Origin: Camelus dromedarius
Lineage: Eukaryota
Direction: 5' to 3'
Length of the DNA: 64,000 nt
Assembly: GCF_036321535.1 (NCBI RefSeq)
Contig: NC_087437.1
Location: 80,602,001 to 80,666,000, forward strand
In this document: positions 1 to 19,169 of the stretch, in pieces
Layout: every line of letters begins with the position of its first letter
How positions within the stretch are numbered: the stretch's first letter is position 1
Made by a program: the position numbers and the translations under genes
Notes under the pieces: generated by a model
Seen by the model: the letters and a program-made list of their open reading frames with translations, nothing else
Told to the model about the DNA's origin: nothing
The model's database searches: none

Positions 1-82
1 ACTGGCGGGAACTGATGGATTTGAAGACTCCATAATAATGAGGGAAAAAATTTTTTCTGAATTATCAGGAAGTCAGTATGTA

Positions 83-213
83 GGGGAGGGTATGGCTCAG
101 TGGTAGAGTGCGTGCTTAGCATGTACAGGGTCCTGGGTTCAATCTCCAGTATCTCCATTAAAAACTAAATATAAATAAACAACTAAACCTAACTGCCTAT
201 CCTCCTCCAAAAA
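83..213 (+). mobile_element. tRNA-Ala-derived SINE (camelid vic-1-like)
   Basis: GGGGAGGGTATGGCTCAGTGGTAGAG (A box)...GGGTTCAATCTCC (B box), AT-rich tail and poly(A); TSD AAGTCAGTAT at 70-79 and 214-223. Confidence 0.85.
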
Positions 214-749
214 AAGTCAGTATAGTGGTTATCTCTAGGGGAGGAGGAAGTTATCACGAGACTTGGGCAAAGAAGCTCTCTGAAGTGCTGGTTATGTTCT
301 ATTCTTATTTTCAGTGATGATTATATGGGCATTTTAAAAAAAATTATGTTTAAACTATTTCTGAATTGTGATACTTTGCAAGTTTTTAGAATGTGGGGGG
401 AAAAGGAATCTGTCTCAGAAAGTGTTGCTATTTTGCTATCCTCTCACCTCCCCCTTCCTCCCACACTTCTTTAGTGTAGGATATCCCCACAGAGAGAGGC
501 TACCCAAGGAGAAGCCCACTCTTGCCCACCTCCCCAAGCCTCTGAAATTAAATGTTTGCAAAACATTATAGACAAAGTTCAAAGAAAATTCAAATTCACT
601 CTGAAGTCACTTGGATTAAAACCATTTCCACAGTATAGAAACATAGCCTTTGCATTATTATTTGTCTATTCAACAAATATTTTCTGCTTTTTAACACTTG
701 CTTTAGTGTCTACGAAACTTTTCAATCCCTAGTCCCTATCCTTAGGTAA

Positions 750-935
750 TAATGACAGTTATCGCTTATTAGGCACCTACTGTATGACCAGTTTTATGCT
801 ATTTCCATTATCCTTAATCCTCACAGCATCCATGAAAGCTAGGAGGTATTATCCACATTTTACAGATGGGAAAACTAAGGCTCAGAGAGGCTAATGGACT
901 TGCCCAGGCCACACAGCTAATAGGTGGCAGGGAAA
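750..935 (-). mobile_element. MIR SINE
   Basis: Core attatccacattttacagatgggaaaactaaggctcagagag...gacttgcccaggccacacagcta. Confidence 0.8.
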
Positions 936-2160
936 GATGAGAAGTTTTCTCTTGTCTCTCCTGATCAGGTCTCATCTCTCTTCCCAGGTCTCTCTTCACA
1001 CCAAACCCTGATCTCAGCCCATCTCACCATGCCACCTCCCACATGTGAAAATGTTGCCAGTCCTACTCCCAAAGAAAAATCCGACAGCTTATTTCTTTCT
1101 CTTAAATGTAGATCCTAGAAGATAATCCAAGTAAACCTGTATTCCAGCCTTAGAATTACCCACAGTTTGAAATAAAATAAAGTTTCTGAGTATACAGCAT
1201 ATGTCCTGCCCCCTAACCACAACCACCAGCACCACACAGCTCACGGTTGCCATTCCTCTCTGCCCCACACCCCAGCAGCAACTAGACGAAACAGCAGAGA
1301 GAAGGAAATCTACCACTTACCCTCCATCAGGAAACCCCTCAAGCAACTACTATCAAATTCTAGAACAAAAGGACAAAAACAGTGAGGAAGAATGTATGCG
1401 TTGAGCCCGCGAATACACATATGTATGCAGTGAAAGGAGGGAGTCAACTGAGGCAGAGTGAAGACAATAAAGTCACCTCAATTCTCATTATCCTAACTCC
1501 ACCCCTTCTTGCCACACCTAACTCCTTCCTTCCCCTAAAGTTCTGATTGTACTGGTCATGTGTCAGCGTCCAGAAGACCCCAAGGGGTCCCAGTTCCAAG
1601 CCGCAGCACCATCAGTGATCTGGAGGTGGGGGGTTCCCACTTCTGCTGCCTCACAGGTAGAAGGTTAGGACCAATCAGCATGTCTGCTACCAGCTCCAAA
1701 CTGGAACTCTGCATGCATTTTCCCAGGGTCACTGTTATAAAAAGTAGTTGGGTTCTAAGGTGTTATTAATCCTGCCTTTACAATATGATGGATACAAGCT
1801 TTTGTGGGGTTGATCTGAAACCCTATACAGTATCTATAACAAAGTTTCTAGGTAGAAGTGCTCCAAGCCCCAAACAACCGATTAACAAAAGAGTTTTTAG
1901 AAATAAAATTGTTGTATATTGGGTAGTAAGTTAAACTCACTAGACCCAACCTCTAAGGCTGACATTTATTTCTTATCCTTTTTCAGAAAGGATAGAAAAT
2001 CCTAAATGACCAGCACATAGTCTGCTATGTGATTGCACTAATGATCTTGATTTCTAAATGCACAATTCAAGAAATATTCAGTTTCTTAATCTGTAGTAAG
2101 TTAGAAATGGTCTTCTCAGTAACCTCCATGATAAATGTGATGTTAAAGAAGTCATTTTCA

Positions 2161-8168
<6,008 letters not shown>

Positions 8169-10578
8169 ACTTCCCGCTTACTAACAATACCAAGCAACCG
8201 TCCTCCGGCTGCTCTGTGGAGCTTGTAGGCGGGAGGAGGGACCCAGAAACTACAGCTCCCAGGGTGCACGGCTCCCAAACGGCCCAATCGGCTGCCTACG
8301 CCCAACGATGCAAAACCCTGGTTAGAATCTGAGCCGCAGTGAGTTTAGGAGAAACCTTGGTCAACCCTCTCATTGGCAGACGAGCAAACTGTATTGTTAG
8401 ATGATCACTTCACTCCCTTTTCTAGGTGTTTTGGAAATTTGACACTCTTATCAACGGGCTGATTATAAGGTCTCTACTCAGTGCAGACCAAATTTAAGAA
8501 CTCATTGCTTGAGACTTCCAGCAACGGGGGCTGCCCCTTCTTTTGAAAATTCTGCGTAAGCGCAAAGTGTTCAACTCTGCTATAGGCGATCTTGTTGACA
8601 TAGTCAAAATGGATACATTTTATTTGAAAACTTAGTTAAAGCCTGCTGGAATAGGAGCTTTTTATACAGTATTTTAAAGTGGTTGTTCTTGACTATTTAA
8701 CAGAACTTTAGATATGGAGGTGTATTTAATAAGGATAAACCTAGAATTTTTCAAGGAAGCTTACAAAAGAAGTTCACAATACACTCTCCAAATTCAAAAA
8801 TTACACTGCCTAGCTGGAGGGGAGTAGGATTACACTTTGCTATAACTATTACATGCTAACTAGCGCGACTGTAGCTACCAACTCAGTAAGATTTCAGGGA
8901 ATGGAAACTATAATCTTCAGAGAAGACTCGAAGGAGGAAGTGAAACGGAGCTAAGGCTTAAAAAATGGGTAGACTCTAACCAGTTCAGAAGTAGATGAAA
9001 AGGTATCAGCACAGGCTGCAGGTGGAGGCAGGTGGTAATGCAGCTGCTTTCACAGGAAGTGAAAAAATAACCTGATAGCACCACAGAATGTAGAAAAGGA
9101 GCTTTCAATTTCTACTACCCACTCCTCCATCCCCTCTTGCAATCTGTATTCTGAATTTTTCTCTTTCTGAAACAGCAGTGTTCAAAATCTCTGATATAAA
9201 AAAAAATCTCTGATAATTTCTGTTTGGGAAAATGCGGTAACTCACGCTTCTGTATTTTCAAGGCAATTGATGGTGTGTGCATTCTCCCCGTCCTGGGTTC
9301 TCCTCCTGTCTCAATGGCTACACCTGCCTTAACTCTTTTTTTTTTTTTTTTTAACTCTGTTCCCCACTGTTTCAGTCTGAAGACAGATTTCCTAGTTCTG
9401 AAAGGAATTAACACTAGGAATTTTTTCTTCTAACCAAGAGACCTCTTACCTAAAAAGCACAGTCTTGCTATGTAGGTATAAAAACAAAGCAAGCCTGAAT
9501 ATTGCCTCCTACTAACCTTTGTTCCCTGGAATAGCTGGTGAGGATTGAGGAGAGTCTCTAGCTCAGGAAGGCAGAAAATTCCCTCCAGTTTTACAGACTT
9601 GGGAGGGAGATCCTGGAGGCCCAGAGGTTACTTGAGAACTACAGGTTCCTACAAGTTTACAGCAATAGCAGAACCAGAGCTTTGTCAGGTTCATCTGACC
9701 TGGGATCTTGAGGAAAGGGCCGAAGGATTTATTCCATGGGGTTAACTGAGTATGGTCACTGCTCTTAAAGAGTGGCCACAATTCCTAAGCACAGTCCCCT
9801 ATGCCCAAGTGAACCAGCAACCCTTTAAAATCACCAGGGAAACTTTTGTTCTTCAGATATAGCTTTTGTATCTAAATCAAATTGCTACATTTTAATGAAT
9901 TGCTTCATTTTGTATATATGTTAAACCCTGCACACTCCAATCAGTTTGGAGAATTCAGCTGACCAACACCACGAACTTCTTAACAAGGTAGCATTTTTTG
10001 GCAGGCACAGGTCCCACAAGAGTTTCCCTCTTATTAGCACACTATACTTGATCTCTGCAACATCTGATCCCCCTGACTTATCTTCCCCATCTCTAATTCA
10101 TCTGCCCACTGCTACTGGCATGACCTAAGTGAAACAATACCTTTTATCACATTAATCCCCTCCTCAAAAACTTCTCTCTTGAAATTCAACTTTAAGGGCC
10201 ACCATAATCTGGTCTCACACTACCTCCCACTAGTTTTCATTTGGTATTTGACTGAGGGACTGACAGAATGCAACTTGTTTTAGAAAGGTTAAACTGCTCA
10301 TATAACAAGGATGAACTGAAAAGTAGAGTAGTGGCAGGAAGGAGACTTGTAATAGTGGATGGTAACCTTTTACAGAGCAGTTTCAGAGTATTATGTACAA
10401 GTTTAGATAACATGAAGTCAAGAGACTAGGTAGACAGGAAACTGGAACAACATTTGTGGGTAGTGCAATTTATCTTGACAAACAAAGGAGATTTTCTAAT
10501 TAGGATGAGTATTTGTATTTGAAAGAAATTAATATACTGATAACTTTGAAGTTTTAAAGTTTCAAAACTACTACTTTT

Positions 10579-10715
10579 GGGGGGAAGGTATAGCTCAAGT
10601 GATAGAGTGCATGTTTAGCACGCACAAGGTCCTGGGTTCAATCCCCAGTACCTCCTCCAAAAAATAAATAAGTAAACCAAATTATCCCTCTAAAAAAAAA
10701 TTTAAAAAATAAAAA
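10579..10715 (+). mobile_element. tRNA-Ala-derived SINE
   Basis: GGTATAGCTCAAGTGATAGAG...GGGTTCAATCCCCAGTACCTCC plus A-rich tail. Confidence 0.85.
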
Positions 10716-10960
10716 GTGCTCCTTGGATCCATGCAGGACTTAAATGCTATTCCAATTTGTGGGGACGTGGTTTAAAAAAAAATACTAGCACTTTCAAAAC
10801 TTTGAAATCACTACGATTTTCACACTTAGCTACAACACAAAGTCTATAATACAGAAGGAATATGAAAAACAACCTCTTTAAACTAAAATACCAATTCCTC
10901 TCCATGTCCTCAAATGAAATAATAAATTCAAAAGCCTACTTTACACAGATAATTCTCTTG

Positions 10961-13228
10961 CAGGGGTTGGCAAACTATAGCCTGTGGGCTGATTCCAGCC
11001 TGCTGCCTGCCTTTGTTCAGTTTACAGCTAATTGTGGTCTTTACATTTTAAGCAACTGGAAAGAATTTCAAAATAATAATAATATTTCATGACACATAAA
11101 ATTATATGAAATTCAAATTTCAGTGTCCACAAATACAACTTCATTGGAATACAGCCATACTTATTTATTCACCTATTGTCTATGGCGGCCTTTACACTAC
11201 AAGAGTCCTCATGACTGAGACCACGTGTAGCACTTCATACTGCTGTTGCACACTACAAATCACAGTAACATATTTTTACTTGAAAGCATTTCAAGTGCCA
11301 TGTATATCGGCATACTGTGACATTTTATTATTTTTTTTATTACCAGCATATACCTATCATGTCAAACAAAAAAGGAAAAATGTAGGCATAAAAAATTCCA
11401 TCTTTAAGGTATTGTGAACTGTGGATTATTTTGTTAACAAATTAGATGACAAAGCATTATGTTTATTATGCAATGAACCTGTATCTCTACTAAAACAATA
11501 CATGTCAACATGACTAGACTAAGCAGTCTTCACAATATTTTCAAATCACAGAAAACAGAAAAGTTAGAAACTGTAAATAGAATATCTCATCATAGTGCAA
11601 TTTCTTCACAAAAGAGAGAGAGAGAGAAAAAGAAATAAAACTAAGCTGCAACCAAAGTAATTTCCAAGGGGCTCATTTGTTAGCCAAGCAAGGAAAGTTA
11701 TTTACTTAAGGTATGGTAAGCAAATAATGTTTGATTGCAGCAGGTGAAGAAATGTATCTAGAAAAAATAAACTTGTTTAAGATCATTAGCCTTAGGTGAG
11801 AACAGCTGCTTAAAGTGCTGTGCACACTGGGAACAATATCAATAGTTAATTTAAATTATTTAGTGGAGGCAAATTATTTTGAACTGTTTTCCTTGGCTCT
11901 TAATATGACAGGTGTTACTGAAACTGCTCCTTTGTTCCTATTTATTCAAGGAGTCAACATTTGAAGTGACTGAAGAATTAGCCTCTATGAATAGGCTGCA
12001 TGAAACAGGTGAGAATATTTTTAAAGAAGTGAAAACACTAATTCAGTACATCTAAGTAGAATCTGTTACTTAAGAAAGTAGAAAAAGATTTAGTTTGACA
12101 GATTTACAACACTGGTGAAAATGTAAGGTGTAAAGCCTATGGTTATAACATCATTGTATTATTAATCAGCAGGTTTTTTGTGGAAAACATTTGAATCTAC
12201 CATGTGTTGAGCCAGTAGTGTCAGTGATAAACTTATTTGTTCTCGTCGGTTTACCATTGTCAGCCCAAGAATTTTTGTCAGAAATAGCAGCTGAATATCC
12301 TGACTTGCCCTACCACATAGTATTTGTTGACTTATTAGTGGTATCATTTTATTTATTTATTTTTTACCTTGGGGCCAAGACTGAAATTTTTCCAAATGAG
12401 AACTTCCCTTAACCACTATTATGCAACACTGACTGAATGGCTTTAGGACTCATTTATTGCTTGCTAATTTTGATCATGTGATGATGCTTCTTCATGAACT
12501 CGACTTAATGATGATGCAGCGCTCACACACAAAACTTATTCTGTGGTAAAGTCATTTTGATAATCACTAACATGATTTTTCTCGCAAGTTAAAACAAAAA
12601 GGAAGCTGTCAAATTTCATATAAATTTACAGTGGCTATATTTTTCGAGTTCATACTAGTGTTAACAGTGTTGTAGAGACCTTAATGCAAATGCAAAGGAA
12701 ATTTCCCTATTTCAAGACCAACTTGACTGTGCAATTGAGGAGCTTTCACTTAATTTTCAGTTGGAAATAATTAATCTGACATGCTAAAAGGAAAATATCA
12801 GGAGAATAGTCTAATATTTCTATAACTGCCATCCAAGACATTAATATGCTCAATTTAAACCATATGTGCTTGGATTGCAGGCAGTATTTGTCAGGGTGCA
12901 AAGACATTTTTTAAAGATGAAAGTTGTAAAATCTCATTATAGATCAGGATGAACAGATAAACATTTGCAGTTGATCTTGATGATCAGGAACAATTTTGAA
13001 CCCTAAGAGAAATGTTATCCTCCTGGGACCTCCTCAAAAAAGAATTTCATTTTTCTCTTTAGTAGATCTGTTTTACAAAAACATACTCAATATTATGATT
13101 ACATTTTAAATTTCATCAATGAAAATATTATAGAAATTGGTTTTCTCTCTTGTTATATAAATACCTATATAAATATTCTCAATTTCCTCTTAGCCCACAA
13201 AGCCTAAAACACTATTTGCAAACCTCTG
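10961..13228 (+). mobile_element. Cheshire/MER58-type hAT-Charlie DNA transposon fossil with degraded transposase
   Basis: Ends CAGGGGTTGGCAAA ... TTTGCAAACCTCTG (imperfect TIRs). Internal disrupted frames read DYFVNKLDDKALCLLCNEPVSLLKQY and AHLLAKQGKLFT, typical of Charlie-type transposases. Confidence 0.75.
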
Positions 13229-13439
13229 TTCTAGAGGAAATAAAATCTAAGTAGGAACTTAGCCAGTAAACTGGAGGAAGGTTTCCAGCCAAAGAAGACA
13301 GCTGGGCACATGAGTGAGAACCAACAGTGTGAACAGTAATAAGCAGTTACTACATTCAGAATTTTATAAGCGCCATACTTCGTTCCTCTTGCCTTTTTGA
13401 GCCAATCAGTAATACCAGTTTCTTCCAGAAGATGGCTCC

Positions 13440-14170
13440 CTTTATTTATCCAAAATTTTATTATGCACTATTACCAAACATGCAGAAAATTTGAAAGAAC
13501 TTTACAGGGAACACTCATAAACCCACTTTGATTCTCTTATCAACATTTGATATACTTATTTTATCACATATATATCCATCTTTCCCTCCTCCAGCCATCT
13601 GGTCTTTTGCTGTGTCAGTAGACCACCCCCTATATACCTCAACAAGTATTTAACTAGTATTCAGTATTTATTTAGTTTCTTTTCTTTTAAAGTAAAATTT
13701 ACATACAATTAAATACTCAAATCTTAAGTGAACATTCACTGAGTTTTGACTGACTGTGTTTAATTAACCCCAAACCCATAAAGATATGGAACATTACCCT
13801 TAACACGGAAAGTTCTTATACCCTTTCCCATTTCAGTCCTTCCTCTCCCACCTAGAAGCAGCTACTGTTCTGAATTTTTTTCCACCATTGTATGGCATAG
13901 AACTTGATACATACAGAATCATACAGTATGCACTTTTTGGGGATAAGGCTTCTTTCACTTAGCATAATGTTTCGGGGACTCATATTGATGTATAAATCAA
14001 TAGTTTACTCCATTTTATTTCTGAGTAGTAGTCCATTGTATAAACACATATTATAGTTTGCCTATATACTCACCTTTGATGGGGCACCTAGAGTGTTTTC
14101 TGTATTATTATGAATAACGCTGCTATAAACATTCTTGTATAGTTTTTTTTTCTTTAAAACCTTTTTTTAT
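13440..14170 (-). mobile_element. Old L1 (L1M) 3' end fragments
   Basis: taaaatttacatacaatt...aaatcttaagtg...ttctttcacttagcataatgttt...tgctataaacattcttgta. Confidence 0.7.
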
Positions 14171-14679
14171 TACAAAATACTACAGGTTGTGCTTATTCCT
14201 CCTATTTTTCAGGATTGACGTGTGGGACTTTAATCTTTCAATCCAAAACGCTTTGTAACTGTTTGAAACTTCTTATCATGGAGAAGTAATTCAAAGACTA
14301 CGTAACAATACAGACTGTTGTGATGAACTCTCCTACCCAACACACAGCTTCAACTATTATCCACTCCTGGTCAACCATTTTTTCATCCATGCCCTTACCC
14401 ACTAGTCCCTCCCTCAGATTATTTTAAGGCAAATCCCAGCCATCCTGCTATATCATCTGTAAATATTTAGTATGTATCTCTAAATTTAAGAACTCTTCAT
14501 TAAACACAATCACAGTACAATTATAATACATAAAGGATTAACAGTCCATCTTCAAACATCCAGTCAGTATTCAAATTACCCTATGGTCCTTGCAACTTGG
14601 TTGGTTAAATCAGGCCTGAATTAAAATCCACATACTGCAATTGGTTGAGGAGGCTTAAAAATTTTTCTAATCTGCAGGC

Positions 14680-15363
14680 CAAGCCAGCTTCAAGTTGCGC
14701 AGTCAGTGCAGCAGCACAGCGTCCCTTGTTCGGGAGTTTAATGCTCTGCAGTCACAGCCTTGAACATCTTAATAATTTTATCTTTGACTTTGTGTTTTTT
14801 AGGTGAAGTACAATGGGACAATAGAGCTTGTGCCCGGGGCGTGGAGCCTCAGCTCTGCAGCCTCCTCTCTTTCTAGGGATGCATTCCAGAGGGCTGCTGG
14901 CTCGACATTCCCCTGACCCAGTCCTTCCCCTCTTCCTCTGCTCTCTCCAAAGCTAGCAGCACTATCATGCATTATGCAAGTGGTTTGATACCTACCCAGA
15001 AGGACAGTGGAAAGAGATGTTTTCCAGCCCTGCTGGGGCACAGTATATTGGCCCAGAGCCTCTAAGGAGGGGGACCCTAGAGCTGGTGGGCCTGGCATGT
15101 TCAAACACACTGTCAAGTCACAAGGCAGGCCCCTGGGTACCTGTGAGGGGCTGCACCCGCCCAGCAAAGTCATTGCCTTGAGGGAGCATGATGTTAAGTA
15201 CTAAATGAAAAAATATGATGAAAGGTCAAGAGACAGCTTACAGAAGAAAGGAAATAAATAAATTTTAGTACCTTTAAGGACATCTTTTCCTGCTCTTTGA
15301 CAAAGGGACTCCATACTTTCATTTTACACTGGGCCTGGCAAATTCTTTATGTAGCTCGTCCAG
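14680..15363 (+). mobile_element. MER45-family (hAT-Tip100) DNA transposon
   Basis: Left end gccagcttc...gtttaatgctctgc...cttgaacatcttaataatttt; right end tttcattttacactgggcc...tatgtagctcgtcc. Both match recalled MER45 termini. Confidence 0.7.
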
Positions 15364-16034
15364 TCTCTCTCTCTCTCTTCTTTCAATTTACATGATGTTG
15401 AAGAAGTTAAGTCATCCTGTAGATGCCAACTGTAATCCTATGGAGTCATTTCACATGTTCCTCTGTCCCCTATATTTCACATAATTGATAGGTAGGTATG
15501 AAGGCTTGATTAGATTTAGATTTTTTTAAAAGAATGTTTTAAAATTTTTAAATTTAATAATGCTTCATAATTTTAAGGAAAGGTTCGTAAGTGTTTACTG
15601 AGTAATTTTTACACCTAGTTATTTTCTAATCTAGTTACTAGGCCTTCCTTTCAAAGCCCTCCTGGAAGCCAACGCCTGAGAGTCTTGGGATTGACTGGCC
15701 TGCTGAGAACTGTGGTTGTAGATACTAAAAAGGCAGGACCCCTCCCACACCTGAGAAGAGAATGCTATTGGAAGGAAACACTAAGATTGGTACCTAAGTC
15801 GTTCCAAACTGTGTATTCGTGTTTGCACATTCCTGTTGTCTTTGACTGTTTCTGACTTTTAATGCTGTCAAAACTTGTCCTAGGCTTCTGTGGGATGACT
15901 GTCAGGGCTATCTATTTCCTTTGACCTCATCTCCTCAGTCTCTTTCAGTAGATTCTTTCTCCATTTCCCTATCCCTTAAATGTAGGTATTTCCCAATTCC
16001 TTTCTGCAACTCTCTCTAGCCACTCTTTCCAGGG

Positions 16035-16440
16035 GTGGTAGATACAAGGATGCACTCTCCAGATCCCTCTACAAGCAAGGGCTTGCGGCCCAGCAGTGGA
16101 CATGGTAGTCAGCAGCATTCTCCAGCCGTCAGTAGGGTCTGGCTCAGCTGCTGAGAACCACCTCATAAACTCTCTGGGGCAACCCACATCTGCTGACTAA
16201 GCAAGGTGGGGGTATAAAGAGAATTGATTATTTGACTCATAAAGGGATACTCTAACAGGCAATGATTGTTCCAGAGCTCATGGCAGGGTTGACGGAAGTT
16301 TAACTGGGCCAGTAATGTCTTTACCTTCTGCCTAATACTGCTTCCTCCATCTTCCTTTCATAGGACCTGACCCCTAATAACTTTCTTTTATTTTAAACTC
16401 AGTCTCAATAAGCGCTCCCAGAGAAGACAGCCTGTGACAC
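16035..16440 (+). mobile_element. LTR16-like (ERVL) solo LTR
   Basis: Ends ...cccctaataaact...ctcagtctc...cagcctgtgaca; resembles the recalled LTR16 consensus. Confidence 0.55.
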
Positions 16441-16694
16441 TAGGTGATGTTATCCCCCATATTCTACTATCACCTATAGGTCCATTACTCCTAATATATC
16501 CTATTCCAAACACTCCTCTGAACTTGTTTATCTTCCCACCACACAGCTCCACCATAACATCTGATGGGTACGCTGACCTGGTCTTTCCCAAACTGACCTT
16601 TTCCCTCACAAACATGCTCCTTCCTCCTATCAGTCCTCTTTTGACAAATACCACTATTCACTAAGTCTCCATCTTCACAATTTCCTTACCTCCT

Positions 16695-17001
16695 GCATTA
16701 ATTATCTATTGCTATGTTCACATATTATTCCTAAAACACAGCAGTTTAAAACAAGAAACATTAATGATCTCACCATTTCTATGGGTTAGGAATTCAAAAG
16801 GGTTTATCTGGGTGGAAACCAGAAGAGTAAGAAACATGTTCTGCCCCTGAGCCTCCGAAGGGAGCACAAATACCTTGATTTCAGCCCAGTGATACTGGTT
16901 TCAGACTTTCAGCCTCCAAAACTGCAAAAGAACACATTTCCGATGCTTTAAGCCAACAAATCTGTGGTAATTTGTTCTAGCAACCACAGGATACTAATAC
17001 A
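16695..17001. mobile_element. MLT1 (MaLR) LTR fragments
   Basis: atctcaccatttctatgggttaggaattc and cagactttcagcctccaaaactgc...ctttaagcc...tgtggtaatttgtt...aggatactaataca. Confidence 0.7.
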
Positions 17002-17942
17002 GCAGGCGAGTATGTATAAAAGGTGAAGAAACAGTGAAGAGAATGCTCTGTTCTCAGGAAGTATATAGAGGCCCAGAGAGCACCAACTTTGGTTCAGTAT
17101 TGCTTCATAAATACATAAAAGAAAATCAAGTGCAGCTGAGCCTTTTGCCTGTAAAAGAGGAAGAATAAAGTCAGTAAAAATTTATGGATGGTGTGGACAC
17201 TCTGTTTTATGGCACTACATAAAATGCTGTTAGGGGTTTCTGTATAATTTCTTCTTATACTAAGAGTGTTTGAACACAATTTAAGGCGTGATAAATGCAA
17301 TGTGTTACAAAGAACTCTGAAATGCCAGCTCCAGAATGCCCTCCAGAAAAGAGTAAAAGAGCTAAAATCCTGAGGACTCAGTTTCCTGATCTTCCTCCAC
17401 AGAGCTGGTCGGAACAAACATAATTCAAAGACCAAAAGAACAAAATCTTCCAAAATATGTGGGACAGGACCATAAATTCTGGGGCTCTGTGGAGTAAACA
17501 GGTGTGAATTCCTGCAGGAGATCTTGGCTCCACCCTCTACTCAGATCCAGCTGTGCCTTGGAGTTTGTAGAAGCCAGGACTATTCCAGAAAGATTTGTTT
17601 TTTAGGTGATAGTTTAATCAGCAGTAATTTAAAACAAAGAAAGTTGGATGGATGTCAGAGTTAAGTTCAGCCTGAGTTATCCATCTGCCTATAGTCTATT
17701 TAGACAAGGTCATCTAAGTATACTAGGTATTCTCCACAGCTGGTCAGAGCTGATCAGACTGTCAAATTCCTTTGCTAAGGTTTTGCAATTCCATTCAGAT
17801 CTCTATTAAGTCATTCTTGACAGTGTTTCCAACATAAGTGTGCAGCTTTCTTAAGATTAGTCAACCAGCTTATTAAACTTTACAAGGCTTTTCAACCACC
17901 TACTTACAGAACCTTTTTAGGGTAAGTTGCTTATATAGAGAG

Positions 17943-18499
17943 TGTCGGGGAGAGGGAAACCTCCTACTTTACCTATCTTGAGTTCTTGTGGCTGGACTAA
18001 TAATAAAATTCACACACAACAGGTTAACAGGAGAAAAAGAAACAAGTTTAATTTGTGTGCACAGAGGTCTTGTAGAAAATGAGTCCTAAGTAAGAAGTGG
18101 ATAAAGCAGGCAGCTTTTATAGTTTTTAAACAAAGAAACAACACATTTGAAAGGAATTGACAAGACAAAGAAATTTAGGCTTTGGGTGCTTAATTAGTAA
18201 GGAATGTAGCAAATTTTGGGCTTTGGGTAGTAAATTAATAAAGAAGTATGAAAGTTCGTTTATACAAGTTTTTCCCCCCAAATTCCCTACCTCTGGTAAT
18301 AAGGGTAATAATGATGTCTTTTTACCTTCTGGTACAATACAGTGAGGGAGTTATGGAGATTTATGTCCTGCTTCCAGAGGGACAGAGAGGAGGTTCAAAG
18401 TATCCCTCTTGCATCCGCCATTTCTTAAGTAACCTGAATTCAAAGTAACCAATATGGCATTGAGGCACATTTTGGAGTAGCCTGCTCTGGGCCCCAACA
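17943..18499 (-). mobile_element. ERV1 (MER4-group-like) solo LTR
   Basis: 557 bp bounded by TGT...ACA, flanks AGAG/ACAG (near 4-bp TSD). The end ccaatatggcattgaggcacattttggagtagcc...ccccaaca resembles the reverse complement of MER4-group LTR 5' ends. Confidence 0.6.
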
Positions 18500-19169
18500 A
18501 CAGCATAAATCAATCATTTTATTTGTTTCATAGGTAAGTGCTCCAGCTTCCTACACAATTCAAGGCTCGCCTTTTCCCCTCCCCATCATATGCTTAAGTA
18601 TCTAGCATCACAGAAGGGTTCGGGCGATCCAGGCATTGGCCCTCCCCCTGGGCCTGACCACAGCTGCCTTCTCCAGACAAGGGCTTTATGCTTAGCGCAA
18701 CCACCAGCTCTCCGCTAGCAGTAGGCAGTAGCCCAACAAACGAGCTCCTCCCCCACAGGCAGTCGTCATTCCGCAGTACTTCGGCGCTTAATAGGGATTT
18801 TCGTAAACTAAATGAATTAATGTATGCAAACAATTAAGCATGAGTCCTGGCACAGAGAAAGCACTCAATGAATATTAATTACAATGAATACAAAACGCCA
18901 TCGAGTACAATTCCATTCCCACGGCCGGGAGGCAGTTCAGGTATCATTACATTTTTTTTTTTTTTTTACAAATAAGTAAGTTATTACAATTTAATTTTGT
19001 TAGTTAAGGTAACGAGTCAACATGGAAGGCAAACTAAGTTTTTCAGTTTTACCTGCGCAGTATTCATCCGTGCATCACTGAACTATAAGAGAGAGAGGAC
19101 CCCCTTCTCTTCAGTTCACATTCCCTGCACCAGGACGAGGGCTCTGTGACACACGAATGTAGGAGACAG

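Noticed and set aside
14799..15204. 124-aa and 65-aa ORFs
   Set aside because: Inside the MER45-family element; chance ORFs.
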